Positions 31,643 to 42,213 of a stretch of 64,000 bases of DNA are shown in pieces. The DNA is from Spirochaetia bacterium (GTDB taxonomy: Bacteria > Spirochaetota > Spirochaetia > SZUA-6 > Bin103): NCBI GenBank assembly GCA_965203515.1, contig OZ241907.1:3040001-3104000 (forward strand). The letters run 5' to 3'. Below the pieces are notes generated by a model. It was not told the origin of the DNA and searched no databases. It was given only the letters and a program-made list of their open reading frames with translations. Within the stretch, counting starts at the first letter, position 1. Every line of letters begins with the position of its first letter. Made by a program: the position numbers and the translations under genes.

Positions 31643-32785
31643 CTAGCGCCGGGTGGTGTCGAGGCGTTTCTCGAGGTTGATCGAGTAGCGCGACATAGAA
31701 AGGCAGATCACGAAGAAGAAGATCGCGGCGATCAGAAACGTCTCATAGTCGACCTTGCCGTTCCAATCCGGATGGCTCTGCAGCAGCCGCGCGTGGCCCA
31801 GGATGTCGAACAGACCGATGGTGACCACCAGCGTCGTATCCTTGAACAGGCCGATGAAGGTATTGACGATTCCGGGTATCGCGATCTTGAGCGCTTGCGG
31901 CAGTACGATCAGGCGCATCATCTTCCAGTAGCTCAGGCCGACCGCCTGCGCCGCCTCGTACTGGCCGCCGGGAATCGCCTGCAGGCCGCCGCGGATCACC
32001 TCCGCCATGTACGCCGAGGAGAAGGCGGTGATCATCACCATCACGCGGATGAGCTGGTCGAGCGACAGCTCGGGCGGCAGGAAGAGCTGCAGGATGATGA
32101 CCGCCACGAACAGCAGCGTGATCAGCGGCACCCCGCGGATCACCTCGATGAAGCCGACCGCGGCGATGCGGATCGCCGGCAGCCGCGAACGCCGGCCGAG
32201 CGCGAGCAGGATGCCGACCGGCAGCGACAATGCTATGCCGGCCAGTCCCGCCACCAGGTTGAGCATGAAGCCGCCGAACTTGTCGGTCGGGACCGTCTCC
32301 AGGCCGAACCCGCCGACCAGCAGGATCGCCGCGATCACCGGGTACGCCAGCGAGTACCAGCGGCCGTAGCGGGCGTACGGCAGCTTGTCGAACAGCACGT
32401 AGGCTACCGCCGGGATCAGCAGGAGCAGGGCGACGTTGACCCGCCAGTACGAGTCAGGGGGGTAGAAGCCGTAGAGGAACTGATGGATGCGCTGGTCCAG
32501 CCACGCCCAGCAGGCGCCGTCCCCGGTGCAGTCGTCGCCGGTGGTGCCGGCGAAGTCGGCGTCGAACAGCGCCCAGTTCAGCAACGGCGGCACCACGCGC
32601 CACAGCAGCAGCAGCGCCGCCACCGTGAGGCCGGTGTTGAGCCAGTTCGAGAACAGGTTGGCGCGCAGCCACCCCAGCGCCCCGACCGTCATGGCCGGGG
32701 CCGGGCGCGCCGGCAGCATCTGCGCGCGGCTGCGATGGAACGCCCTGCCGTCGGGCTTCCGGCCCGCCGCGGTCGGCTCGCTCAT
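31643..32785 (-). CDS. aapM: Amino-acid ABC permease (AapM-like)
   Basis: [35 protein letters not shown]. Confidence 0.88.
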   Translation of the reverse strand: MSEPTAAGRKPDGRAFHRSRAQMLPARPAPAMTVGALGWLRANLFSNWLNTGLTVAALLLLWRVVPPLLNWALFDADFAGTTGDDCTGDGACWAWLDQRIHQFLYGFYPPDSYWRVNVALLLLIPAVAYVLFDKLPYARYGRWYSLAYPVIAAILLVGGFGLETVPTDKFGGFMLNLVAGLAGIALSLPVGILLALGRRSRLPAIRIAAVGFIEVIRGVPLITLLFVAVIILQLFLPPELSLDQLIRVMVMITAFSSAYMAEVIRGGLQAIPGGQYEAAQAVGLSYWKMMRLIVLPQALKIAIPGIVNTFIGLFKDTTLVVTIGLFDILGHARLLQSHPDWNGKVDYETFLIAAIFFFVICLSMSRYSINLEKRLDTTRR

Positions 32786-33975
32786 CGTTCGGCCAGCGCG
32801 ATGCGGCGATTGTACCAGTTCATGAACAGCGAGGTGAGCAGGCTGAGGCAGAGGTAGGCGAGCATGTAGATGGAGACCACCTCCAGCGCCTGGCCGCTCT
32901 GGTTCAGGATCGTGTTGCCGACCGAGACCAGGTCCTGGTAGCCGATGGCGATCGCCAGCGAGGAGTTCTTGGTCAGGTTCAGATACTGACTGGTCAGCGG
33001 CGGGATGATGGCGCGCAGCGCCTGCGGCAGGATGATCCGGCGCAGCGTCAGCCCGGGCGGCAGGCCGAGCGCGCCGGCCGCCTCGGTCTGGCCCTTGCTG
33101 ACCGACAGGATGCCGGCGCGCACGATCTCGGAGATGAACGCGCCGGTATAGGTCGCCAGGGCGATCCACAGCGCCACCAGCTCCGGGGCGACGTTGAAGC
33201 CGCCCTGCAGGTTGAACCGCCCTATCTCAGGCATGTCCAGGCCGATCGGGCGGCCCGCGATGAAGAACGCCGCCAGCGGCAGTGCGACGATCGTGGCCAG
33301 TCCGGTCCAGCCGGCCGGGAACTTCCGGCCGGTCGCTTCCTGCCGCGCCCTGGCCCAACGCGCCAGCAACACCGTCGCCGCGATGCCGGCCGCCAGCGCG
33401 ATCAGGATGAGGACCGCCCCCTCGCCGAGCACCGGCGCCGGCAGCCGCACGCCCCGGTTGTTGAGGAAGGCGAAGCTGCCGATCGGAATCGTGTCGCGGA
33501 CCCGCGGCAACGCCAGCAAGATCACCCACCAGAAGATGATCTGCAGCAGCAGCGGCACGTTGCGCGTGAACTCGACGTACACGGTCACGATCCGGCTGAT
33601 CAGAAAGTTGCTCGACAGGCGCAGGACGCCGGCCAGGAAGCCGATGGCGGTGGCCGCCACGATGCCGAGCGCCGCCACCAGGACCGTGTTGAGGCCGCCG
33701 ACCAGGAACGCCCTGCCGTAGGTCGACGTCGAGCTGTAGGGGATCAGACGCTGGTTGATGTCGAAGGCGGCCGTGTCGAACAGAAAGCCGTACCCGAAAG
33801 CCAAGCCGCGCTGCTGCAGGTTGGCGATGGTGTTCGAGACGATGAAGGCGATCAACAGCGCCGCCCCCAGCACCATCAGGAGCTGCAGGGCGGCGCCGCG
33901 CGCCGGACCGCTCCCCAGCGGCCCGGCGATACCCGACCGCCTAGCGGAACGGCGGCGCGTAGAGGATGCCTCCAT
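32782..33975 (-). CDS. aapQ: Amino-acid ABC permease (AapQ-like)
   Basis: YVEFTRNVPLL, SEIVRAGI, KNSSLAIAIGY. Confidence 0.88.
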   Translation of the reverse strand: MEASSTRRRSARRSGIAGPLGSGPARGAALQLLMVLGAALLIAFIVSNTIANLQQRGLAFGYGFLFDTAAFDINQRLIPYSSTSTYGRAFLVGGLNTVLVAALGIVAATAIGFLAGVLRLSSNFLISRIVTVYVEFTRNVPLLLQIIFWWVILLALPRVRDTIPIGSFAFLNNRGVRLPAPVLGEGAVLILIALAAGIAATVLLARWARARQEATGRKFPAGWTGLATIVALPLAAFFIAGRPIGLDMPEIGRFNLQGGFNVAPELVALWIALATYTGAFISEIVRAGILSVSKGQTEAAGALGLPPGLTLRRIILPQALRAIIPPLTSQYLNLTKNSSLAIAIGYQDLVSVGNTILNQSGQALEVVSIYMLAYLCLSLLTSLFMNWYNRRIALAER

Positions 33976-34954
33976 CCCGATACAGCGCGTTCAGCCCGCG
34001 CTGCAGGGTGAGCGGGCTCAGATACCGTTCGAAGATCTCGGCGTAGTTGCCTTCCGCCGCGATCGCGCGCACCGCCCACTGCGCGTCCAGCCCCAGCATC
34101 TCGCCGTAGCTGCCCTCGCTGCCGAGCATGCGGTTGATCTCCGGGTGGTCGGTGCCGCCGGCCATGGACATCACGTTGCCCTGCGTCACCCCCAGCTCCT
34201 CGGCGATGATCAGCGCGTTGAGCACCCACCGGGCGATGTCCGCCCACTGGTCGTCGCCTTGCTGGACCAGCGGCCCCAGCGGCTCCTTGGAGACGATCTC
34301 CGGATAGATCACGTGCGCGTCCGGATTGTCGAACGTCGACCGGGTCGCCGCGATGCCGGATGCGTCGGTGGTGTACACGTCGCAGCGCTCCTCCTCATAG
34401 GCGACGCGCGCTTCGGCGTTGGTCTCGATCGGCACCGGCTCGTACTCCATGCCGTTGGTGCGGAAGAAGTCGGCCAGATTGAGCTCGGTGGTGGTGCCGG
34501 TCTGGATGCAGACCGAGGCGCCGTCGAGTTCGGTGGCGTTCATCACGCCGAGCGACCGGCGGCCCATGAAGCCCTGGCCGTCGTAGTAGTTGACGCCGAT
34601 GAAGGTGAAGCCCAGATCGACGTCGCGTGAGAAGGTCCAGGTGGTGTTGCGCGACAGCACGTCGATCTCACCGGCCTGCAGCGCCGGGAAGCGGGTCCTG
34701 CCGGTCAGGTTGACGTAGGCGACCGCGTCGGCGTCGCCCAGTACGGCGGCTGCCAGCGCCCGGCAGTAGGCCACGTCGAAGCCGGTCCAGTTGCCGTCGT
34801 CGTCGGTGTAGGCGAAGCCGGGAAGACCGGTGTTGATACCGCACTTCAGTTCTCCGGCGGCCTGGACGGCGGCAAAGGTCTGCGCGTGCAGCGCCGAGCC
34901 CCCTGCGATCGCCAGTGCGGCGGCCAGTCCGACCGCCTTCATGCGAGGTGTCAT
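33941..34954 (-). CDS. aapJ: Amino-acid ABC substrate-binding protein (AapJ-like)
   Basis: LKCGIN.GLPGF, LSRNTTWTFSRD, YDGQGFM, SKEPLGP, YAPPFR. Confidence 0.92.
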   Translation of the reverse strand: MTPRMKAVGLAAALAIAGGSALHAQTFAAVQAAGELKCGINTGLPGFAYTDDDGNWTGFDVAYCRALAAAVLGDADAVAYVNLTGRTRFPALQAGEIDVLSRNTTWTFSRDVDLGFTFIGVNYYDGQGFMGRRSLGVMNATELDGASVCIQTGTTTELNLADFFRTNGMEYEPVPIETNAEARVAYEEERCDVYTTDASGIAATRSTFDNPDAHVIYPEIVSKEPLGPLVQQGDDQWADIARWVLNALIIAEELGVTQGNVMSMAGGTDHPEINRMLGSEGSYGEMLGLDAQWAVRAIAAEGNYAEIFERYLSPLTLQRGLNALYRDGGILYAPPFR

Positions 34955-35133
34955 ACTCGTAACCTCCTTGGTTCTGTCCGAGTAGTGTCCGGGGGCGCCA
35001 CTCGCCGCCCCCGGTGACTGTGTGTTCGGCTACTCTACCACCTGCGCCGGCCCGTGACAACACGCTGCGACCGGCCGGTGGCAGGCGCCGCGGCCCCCGG
35101 CTATGATTCGCCGTCCACGGAGAGGAGTACACA

Positions 35134-36150
35134 TTGAAGGTCCATTACGACGCCGACATCGACCTTGGCCGCATACACGGCGCCAAGGTGGCGGTCATCG
35201 GCTACGGCAGCCAGGGGTTCGCGCACGCCAACAACCTCCGCGATTCGGGGGTGGAGGTCGCCGTCGGGCTGCGGCCCGACAGCGCCAGCGTCGCCAAGGC
35301 AGAGGACGCCGGCATCCCCGTGCTGCCGACCGCGGAGGCCGCCGCGTGGGCCGACATGGTGATGATGCTGATCCCCGATCACCTGCAGGGAGCGGTCTAC
35401 CGCGACGCGATCGCCCCCAACCTGGGCGCGGGCAAGACGCTGCTGTTCGCCCACGGCTTCAACATTCACTTCGGCCAGATCGATCCGGACGCGGCGGTGG
35501 ACGTGTCGATGGTCGCCCCCAAGGGCCCCGGCCACACCGTGCGCCGCCAGTTCGAGCTCGGTTACGGGGTCCCCTGTCTGGTAGCGATCCACAACGACGC
35601 ATCCGGCCATGCCAAAGAGAACGCGCTGGCCTACGCGGGCGCTCTGGGCGGCGGCCGCGCCGGCGTGATCGAGACCAACTTCCGCGAGGAGACGGAGACC
35701 GACTTGTTCGGCGAACAGACGGTGCTCTGCGGTGGCGTCTCCCATCTGATGAGAGCGGGGTTCGAGACGCTGATCGAGGCCGGCTACGCGCCGGAGATGG
35801 CCTACTTCGAGTGCATTCACGAGTTGAAGCTGATCGTCGACCTGGTCTACGAGGGCGGCATCTCGCTGATGCGCTACTCGGTCTCCGATACCGCCGAGTA
35901 CGGCGATTACCAATCCGGGCCGCGCCTGATCTCCCCGGAGGTGAAGGCGGAGATGAAGCGCATCCTGGCCGACATTCAGGACGGCTCGTTCGCGGAGCGC
36001 TGGATGGAGGAGAACCGCTCCGGCCGCCGCGGCTTCCTGGCCGATCGCGCCGAGCACGCCGAGCACCAGCTCGAACGGGTCGGCAAGGAGCTGCGGTCGA
36101 TGATGCCGTGGATCGAAAAGGACCGGCTGGTCGACAAGGGCAAGAACTGA
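35134..36150 (+). CDS. ilvC: Ketol-acid reductoisomerase
   Basis: [38 protein letters not shown] upstream. Confidence 0.97.
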   Translation: MKVHYDADIDLGRIHGAKVAVIGYGSQGFAHANNLRDSGVEVAVGLRPDSASVAKAEDAGIPVLPTAEAAAWADMVMMLIPDHLQGAVYRDAIAPNLGAGKTLLFAHGFNIHFGQIDPDAAVDVSMVAPKGPGHTVRRQFELGYGVPCLVAIHNDASGHAKENALAYAGALGGGRAGVIETNFREETETDLFGEQTVLCGGVSHLMRAGFETLIEAGYAPEMAYFECIHELKLIVDLVYEGGISLMRYSVSDTAEYGDYQSGPRLISPEVKAEMKRILADIQDGSFAERWMEENRSGRRGFLADRAEHAEHQLERVGKELRSMMPWIEKDRLVDKGKN

Positions 36151-36169
36151 CCGGCGCCGCGCCGGCCGG

Positions 36170-37288
36170 CTACTCCGGCGGCCACGCCGTCCAGCCGTAG
36201 CGGCGGGTCACCCGGGCGGCGACGCGGGTGAGCACCTCGTACGGGATCGTGTCCGACCAGCCGGCCACCTCGCCGGCGGTCGGGCCGTCCGCGCCGAACA
36301 GAACCGCTCGATCGCCGGCGCGCACCGCCGGCTGCGCGCCGACGTCGACCATGCAGTGGTCCATGCAGACCCGGCCGGCCAACCGGTAGCGCCGGCCGCC
36401 GATGCGCACCTCCGCCGCCGCGCCGCCGCGCCCGCCGGGCCACGGGTACCCGTCGCCGTAGCCGGCGGCGATCGTGGCGATCACCGTGTCGCGCGCAGCC
36501 CGGTACCGCAGGCCGTAGGAGACGTGGTCGCCGGCGCGGACGCGGCGCAGGGCAGTCACGCGCGCGGCCAGCTCCATCACCGGCTTGAGCCGTCCCCGCA
36601 GAGGTCCCGCGAACGACGGATCGTAGCCGTAGGCGGCAAGCCCCGCCCGCACCAGGTCGAGGTGCGCCGCCGGCAGCGCGGCGATCGCCGCCGAGTTGGC
36701 GGCGTGCGCGAGCAGTCCCGGGTGGCGCTCGCGCACGACGCGCGCGGCCGCCAGCAGCGCGGCGAGCTGCCGCCGGGTCGGCTCCAGGTCCGCCGCGTCG
36801 GCGGCCGAAAAGTGGGTGCAGAGGCCCGCCAACCGCACGCCGTCCACCTCCGCGACGGCGCGCGCGACGGCGTCGGCGTCGGCCGGCCGGCAGCCGGAAC
36901 GGTGCATGCCGGTGTCGAGCTCCAGATGGACCGCCAGCGGCGCGCCGCCGCGGTTGGCGCCGCCGATCGCCCGCGCCGTGGCGGCGTCCGCGCAGACCGC
37001 GGCGAGCCGCCAGCGGACCACGTCCGGCGCCTGCTCGGGCACCGTGGGGCCGAGCAGGAGCACCGGCCGCCGGATGCCCGCCTCGCGCAGCTCGCGTCCT
37101 TCGTCGACCGAGCTGACCGCCAGCAGGTCGGCGGCTCCGTCGGCCGCGCGCGCCGCGCGGACCGCGCCGTGGCCGTAGGCGCCGGCCTTCACCACGAAGC
37201 AGACGCGGGTCCCCGGCGGCAGGTGCGCGCGGATCTCCGCCAAGTTGTGCCGCAGGTGGTCCAGGCGTATGCGGGCGACCGCCGCCAC
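36170..37288 (-). CDS. alr: Alanine racemase
   Basis: VVKAGAYGHG, DTGMHRSG, ANSAA, VSYG, GRVCMD. Confidence 0.93.
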   Translation of the reverse strand: MAAVARIRLDHLRHNLAEIRAHLPPGTRVCFVVKAGAYGHGAVRAARAADGAADLLAVSSVDEGRELREAGIRRPVLLLGPTVPEQAPDVVRWRLAAVCADAATARAIGGANRGGAPLAVHLELDTGMHRSGCRPADADAVARAVAEVDGVRLAGLCTHFSAADAADLEPTRRQLAALLAAARVVRERHPGLLAHAANSAAIAALPAAHLDLVRAGLAAYGYDPSFAGPLRGRLKPVMELAARVTALRRVRAGDHVSYGLRYRAARDTVIATIAAGYGDGYPWPGGRGGAAAEVRIGGRRYRLAGRVCMDHCMVDVGAQPAVRAGDRAVLFGADGPTAGEVAGWSDTIPYEVLTRVAARVTRRYGWTAWPPE

Positions 37289-37307
37289 GTCGTTTTGCCG
37301 GAACCGC

Positions 37308-38198
37308 CTACCGCAGCAGCGGCGGCAACTGCGCCAGCGACGTGAGGATCAGGTCGGGGCGCAGGCTGCGGCAGCGCTCGTCGTCATCGCGCAGCCGCAG
37401 CGAGCGCGCATCTCCCGCGAACAGGGCGGTTCGCCAGCCGCACGCCGCCGCCGGCCGGATGTCGTTGCGCATGTCGTTGCCCACGAACAGGCATTCCGAG
37501 CGGTCGATGCCGGCCGCCGCGAAGCGATCGGACGCCGCCTCGAACAGCTCGACGCCCGGCTTGGCGCGGCCGTGCCGGTAGGAGCAGACGCGGCGATCGG
37601 GGGGAATCAACGCATCGAACGGCGCTCCCAGCAGCTCCCGCAGGATGAGCGGGGTATAGAACTGCGCGTTGGAGACGATGCCGATCGCCGCCCGGCCGTG
37701 CAGTGCCTGCAGCGTTTCCAGCGCGTGCGGCATCGGCCAGGTGGGATTGGCGCGCAGCTCGAACTCCACCGCCAGCCGTTCGACCTGCGCGGTCGTCGGC
37801 GCGGCGCCCGCGCCGACGGCGTCGTCCAGCACGGCGCGCCACGCGCCGCGGATGTCCGGGTCGGGGTACCGGACGCCGGCCGACCGCTGCGCGGCCCGCC
37901 GCCGCGCGATCTCGGCGCCCAGCGCCGCCGGCAGCCGGCCGACAGCGGCCTCCGGCAGGGCGATCCCGGCGGCGGCGACCGCCTCCGCGGCGAAGGCCGC
38001 GGTCCCGCTTCCGGGATCCGCGCAGCCGGTCGGCTCGCCGGCCGCGGAGATCAGGAGCGTCCCGTAGACGTCGAACGCCACCGCCCGCACCCCCGGCAGC
38101 CGGCGCAGGCGCGCCGCCGCGCCGGCGGGGACCGGCTGCAGGGGTCGGGCGCGGGCGCGGATGACGCGGTGCAGAGGTTGCACGATTGATGCTATCAC
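37308..38198 (-). CDS. HAD family hydrolase
   Basis: FDVYGTL, IVSNAQ, KP, FVGNDMRND. Confidence 0.85.
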   Translation of the reverse strand: MIASIVQPLHRVIRARARPLQPVPAGAAARLRRLPGVRAVAFDVYGTLLISAAGEPTGCADPGSGTAAFAAEAVAAAGIALPEAAVGRLPAALGAEIARRRAAQRSAGVRYPDPDIRGAWRAVLDDAVGAGAAPTTAQVERLAVEFELRANPTWPMPHALETLQALHGRAAIGIVSNAQFYTPLILRELLGAPFDALIPPDRRVCSYRHGRAKPGVELFEAASDRFAAAGIDRSECLFVGNDMRNDIRPAAACGWRTALFAGDARSLRLRDDDERCRSLRPDLILTSLAQLPPLLR

Positions 38199-39214
38199 AG
38201 GGCATCAGCGTTCACGGCGCCGGCGCGCGGCCCGCTCCCGAGCTCTCCGCGGTCCGTCTCCGGGCCGGGCTGATCGCCGCCCCCGGCGGTCGGTTCGTCG
38301 CCGACCTGTCGATCCGCGACGGCCGGATCGCGGCCGTCGGCTCGATCGGGACCGCGGCGACCGGGACCCCGGCGGAGCGCGTCATCGACGCCATGGGCCG
38401 CGTCGTGCTGCCGGGCTGGGTGTTGCCGATGCTCCCCGCCGATCCCGCGGCGGCGCCTCCCCACGAGCGGTGGGCCGGCGCCGGGGTCACCTGCGCCGGC
38501 TGGCCGGGCGCCGAGCCGGGCGAGCCGTGGGGGAGCGACGTGGCGCCGATGGAGCCGATCGACACGGCGGAACGGATCGCCCGCGCCCCGAGCACGATCC
38601 ACGAGCGCGGCCGCGCGGCGTTCGTGCTGCCGGCCGGCCGCGGCGCCGCCCTGCTGGATGACGCAGCGCGGATGCTCGCGCGCCTGCACGCAACGCTCAT
38701 CGTCGCCGTGGACGGGGAGGGCGAGGAGCCGGCGGCGGTGGCCGCCGCCGAGCGCGCCGTTGCGTGCGGCGGCGGACGGGTCGTGGTCGGGCCGCTCCGC
38801 GAAGCGTCGTCGCTGCGCCGCGCCTGGAGCGCCGGGGCGCTGGCCGCCACCGATCCGGACTGGCTGATCGACGATCCGTCCCTGTGGCGGGAGGCGGCGC
38901 GCGGCGCCGTGCGGCTGCTGATCAGCGCGTCCTGCCGGCCGCCGCCGGTCGATGCCCTGTACCGGTCGGGGCCGGCGCGCGGACTGATCGGGCTGGAGGC
39001 TCTGGCAGCGCTGCTCGCCGCCCGGCCGGCCGCGCTGCTGGGCTGCGCCGCCAAGGGGCTGCTGGCCCCCGGGCGGGAAGCGGACCTCTGCCTGCTGGAG
39101 CCGTCCGGCGGGGATGCGGCGATCGTGGAGACGCTGCTGCGCGGCGCCGATGCCCGGCGCCCGCACGGCCGCGTGATCCGCGCCGAGCCGGTCGACGGCC
39201 TCCCGGCGGGCTGA
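38186..39214 (+). CDS. Degenerate amidohydrolase-like (dihydroorotase/hydantoinase-like) protein
   Basis: ADLSIRDGRIAAVG, VIDAMGRVVLPG and KGLLAPGREADL present, but no HxH metal motif. Confidence 0.6.
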   Translation: MMLSQGISVHGAGARPAPELSAVRLRAGLIAAPGGRFVADLSIRDGRIAAVGSIGTAATGTPAERVIDAMGRVVLPGWVLPMLPADPAAAPPHERWAGAGVTCAGWPGAEPGEPWGSDVAPMEPIDTAERIARAPSTIHERGRAAFVLPAGRGAALLDDAARMLARLHATLIVAVDGEGEEPAAVAAAERAVACGGGRVVVGPLREASSLRRAWSAGALAATDPDWLIDDPSLWREAARGAVRLLISASCRPPPVDALYRSGPARGLIGLEALAALLAARPAALLGCAAKGLLAPGREADLCLLEPSGGDAAIVETLLRGADARRPHGRVIRAEPVDGLPAG

Positions 39215-39223
39215 CCGATCGGG

Positions 39224-39718
39224 TCAGGACTCTCCCTGGAGCCGGCGCTTCAACGCGCGCAGCTCCTGCTCGGTCTGCAGGTCCTTGAGCGCGTCGGCGG
39301 TCGGGTCCGGCTCGCCGGCGATCGACCGCAGGTCGGCCAGGAGCTGATCGGCGTCGATGCCGGAGAGCGCCGGCGCGGCCTGCAGCCGGCTCAACTCCTT
39401 CTTCAACCGATCGATGACGACCGACAGCTCGAACTCCTCGGCGGTCAGCTTCTCGCAGGCGGCGCGCGCCTCCTGCAGCCGGGTCTCCGCCCGCTGCGTC
39501 AGCTCCCGATCGCCGGCTTGCCGGGCCTGCAGGGTCCGCTTTCGCCAGAGCTCCTCCCGGTCGCGCGCGGACTGCAGTTGCCGCTGCAGCTCCCGCGCCG
39601 AAGTGAGATAGCCGGCCACGACCTCCCGAGCCGCCGCCGGGTCCATGCCTTCCAGATCGACGCGCAGGTCATCGATGTTCACTGCCGGCAGTCTACTACG
39701 CCCCGTCCGCCGCGGCAC
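39224..39718 (-). CDS. PspA/IM30-like coiled-coil protein
   Basis: ARQAGDRELTQRA coiled coil; C-terminal EQELRALKRRL; true start possibly GTG near 39682. Confidence 0.6.
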   Translation of the reverse strand: MPRRTGRSRLPAVNIDDLRVDLEGMDPAAAREVVAGYLTSARELQRQLQSARDREELWRKRTLQARQAGDRELTQRAETRLQEARAACEKLTAEEFELSVVIDRLKKELSRLQAAPALSGIDADQLLADLRSIAGEPDPTADALKDLQTEQELRALKRRLQGES

Positions 39719-39929
39719 GCCCGGCGACGCCTGCCGAGCGGGATCGGGGGTCGATCGTCACCCCTCCGCCGATCGTTCGACGCCGCACTTGGCGGCGATC
39801 GACTTTGCCAGCCGCTCGAAGTCCTCGACGGCGTGGTCCGCCTGTCTTGTGTCATTATGACTCAGTGAGAGGCATTCCGGCTTGCCCGGCGGCGTACCCC
39901 TTGCCTATACTCCGGCTCTGGAGGTTCAC

Positions 39930-41330
39930 ATGCAACTTGGCAAGATTCTTTCGCTGGTGCTTGCGGCCGCCGTCGCAAGCGCCGCATCGGTATTTGCAGC
40001 CGGCGTCGAAGAAGCGGCGGAAGCCGCTCCCGAGATGGCCGAACCGGTAACCATCGAGTACTGGACCACTCAGGATCAGTCGGAACGGCAGGCGACGATC
40101 CGTCTGATCGCCGACACGTTCATGGCGCTCAACCCGCACGTCACGGTCAACGTCGTGCCGGTCGCCGAACCGGAGGTACCCGCCCAGCTCTCGGCCGCCG
40201 CGGCCGCCGGCAGCCTGCCCGACGTCATCGAGTTCGGCTCCGAGAATGCGATCGCGTTCGGCGCGCAGGGACTGCTCGACATGGAGACGCACCACGCGAT
40301 CATCCGCAGCATCGGCCAGGATCGCTTCTACGCCGGCGCGCTGAGCCTGTTGCGCGCGCCGTCCGGTCAGAACGACTATTACGCGCTGCCGTTCCACGGC
40401 TGGATCCAGGGCATCTGGTACCGCACCGACTGGTTCGAGGAAGCCGGTCTGGAGCCGCCCGATTCGTGGCGGAACATCCGCGCCGCCGCCGAGCACTTCT
40501 ACGACCCGGCGGACAACCGGTACGGCATCCTGGTCGGCACCAAGTCGGAGCCGTACGCCGAGCAGGTGTTCACCCAGTTCGCCATCTCCAACGGCGCGCG
40601 CCTGTTCGACGCCGACGGCAACCTGATCTTCAACTCGCCGGAGATGAAGGAAGCGATCGAGTACTACCTGGAGGTGTCGCAGTTCAACCCGCCCGGACCG
40701 CAGACCTGGCGCGCCCGCGACTACTACCTGCAGGGCAAGATGGCGATGTTCTTCTACTCGACCTACATCATGGACGATCTGGCGCTGCAGGAAGTGGCCG
40801 CCGGCTCGCTGACCGGCGACAACTTCGCCGATCTGGTCGGCGGCGACTTCGATCCGGAGTTGGCCAACAAGACCGGCTTCGTACCGATCATCACCGGTAC
40901 CGAGCCGGCCTCCTACGGCGTGGTGGTGGCGCTCGGCGTCTTCGAGCAGGATGACGCCGACCGGCTCGCCGCGTCCCGCGCCTGGGTGGAGTACCTCTAC
41001 ACGGAGGACGCCTACGTCACCTATCTGCACATGGCGCCCGGCGGCATGAATCCGGTCCTCAAGGGGGTCGCCGCCAGCGCCGCGTTCGTCGACGATCCGA
41101 AGGGGGTGCACGCCCGCTACGGCGCGGAAAAGATGGGAGAGATCGTCGAGGGGTTGGAGAACATCCAGCGCTTCGGGATCGTCGAGGGCAACCTGATCGA
41201 GGACTACGGCACGATCTTCGCCCAGCAGATCATCCCGCAGATGATCTTCCGCATCACCCAGGAGGGTGAGGATATCGATGCCGCGATGGCGTGGGCCGAG
41301 GCGGAAATGATGAAGGTGATCGACCAGTAG
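39930..41330 (+). CDS. Carbohydrate ABC substrate-binding protein (YcjN-like)
   Basis: GGAGG RBS, signal peptide, LPDVI, IWYRTDWF, FYSTYI. Confidence 0.88.
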   Translation: MQLGKILSLVLAAAVASAASVFAAGVEEAAEAAPEMAEPVTIEYWTTQDQSERQATIRLIADTFMALNPHVTVNVVPVAEPEVPAQLSAAAAAGSLPDVIEFGSENAIAFGAQGLLDMETHHAIIRSIGQDRFYAGALSLLRAPSGQNDYYALPFHGWIQGIWYRTDWFEEAGLEPPDSWRNIRAAAEHFYDPADNRYGILVGTKSEPYAEQVFTQFAISNGARLFDADGNLIFNSPEMKEAIEYYLEVSQFNPPGPQTWRARDYYLQGKMAMFFYSTYIMDDLALQEVAAGSLTGDNFADLVGGDFDPELANKTGFVPIITGTEPASYGVVVALGVFEQDDADRLAASRAWVEYLYTEDAYVTYLHMAPGGMNPVLKGVAASAAFVDDPKGVHARYGAEKMGEIVEGLENIQRFGIVEGNLIEDYGTIFAQQIIPQMIFRITQEGEDIDAAMAWAEAEMMKVIDQ

Positions 41331-41337
41331 CCCGCCG

Positions 41338-42213
41338 TTGACCGGTCACGCCCGGAGCATCCGGGCTCAGGAAGCGCGCTTTGGCTGGCGGCTGATCGCT
41401 CCGTCGGCCGCCGTCATCGCGCTGCTCATCCTGTATCCCATCGGCTACAACGTCTTCCTCAGCTTCTTCGACGTGCGGCTGCAGGGCGCCAACGTCTACG
41501 TCGGCGCCCGCAACTATACCGGGGTACTGGCCGATCCCGCCTTCTGGCGGTCGGTGCTCACGACGGTGATCTACGTGGCCGGCACCACCGCCGGCACCAC
41601 GCTGGTGGGGCTCGGCGTGGCTCTGGTCATGAACCAGCGCTTCCCGCTGCGCGGGCTGGTGCGGTCGCTGATCCTGCTGCCCTACGTCGCCCCGGTCATC
41701 GCCGTCGTCTACGGCTGGCAGTTCATCTTCGACCCGGTCAACGGCATCTTCATGCACGTCACCGTCGAGCTGCTGGGTCTGTTCGAGGAGCGCTTCAACC
41801 TGATCGGCGCGCCGCGCAACGCCATCATGGTGGCGATCCTGTTCAACATCTGGAAGAACTTCCCGTTCAGCTACCTGATGCTGCTGTCGTCGCTGCAGGG
41901 GATCGACGAGAGCCTCTACGAAGCCGCGCAGATCGACGGGGCGTCGGGGTGGCAGCGGTTCCGCTTCATCACCCTGCCGGAGATCTTCTTCGTGTTGGGG
42001 GCGCTGGTGATCCTGCGGGTGATCTGGAACTTCAACAAGTTCGAGGAGGTCTTCCTGCTCACCGACAACGTGCGGGTGCTGTCGGTCTTCACCTACTTCA
42101 AGGCGTTCACCGGCGCCCTGGACCAGGGGCAGGGCGCCGCGCTGGCGCTGATCCAGTTCCTGCTGCTGGTCGGCTTCATCCTGTTCTACGTGAAGCGGGT
42201 GCTGAAGTGGTAA
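41338..42213 (+). CDS. Carbohydrate ABC permease
   Basis: LYEAAQIDGASGWQRFRFITLP EAA motif. Confidence 0.92.
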   Translation: MTGHARSIRAQEARFGWRLIAPSAAVIALLILYPIGYNVFLSFFDVRLQGANVYVGARNYTGVLADPAFWRSVLTTVIYVAGTTAGTTLVGLGVALVMNQRFPLRGLVRSLILLPYVAPVIAVVYGWQFIFDPVNGIFMHVTVELLGLFEERFNLIGAPRNAIMVAILFNIWKNFPFSYLMLLSSLQGIDESLYEAAQIDGASGWQRFRFITLPEIFFVLGALVILRVIWNFNKFEEVFLLTDNVRVLSVFTYFKAFTGALDQGQGAALALIQFLLLVGFILFYVKRVLKW

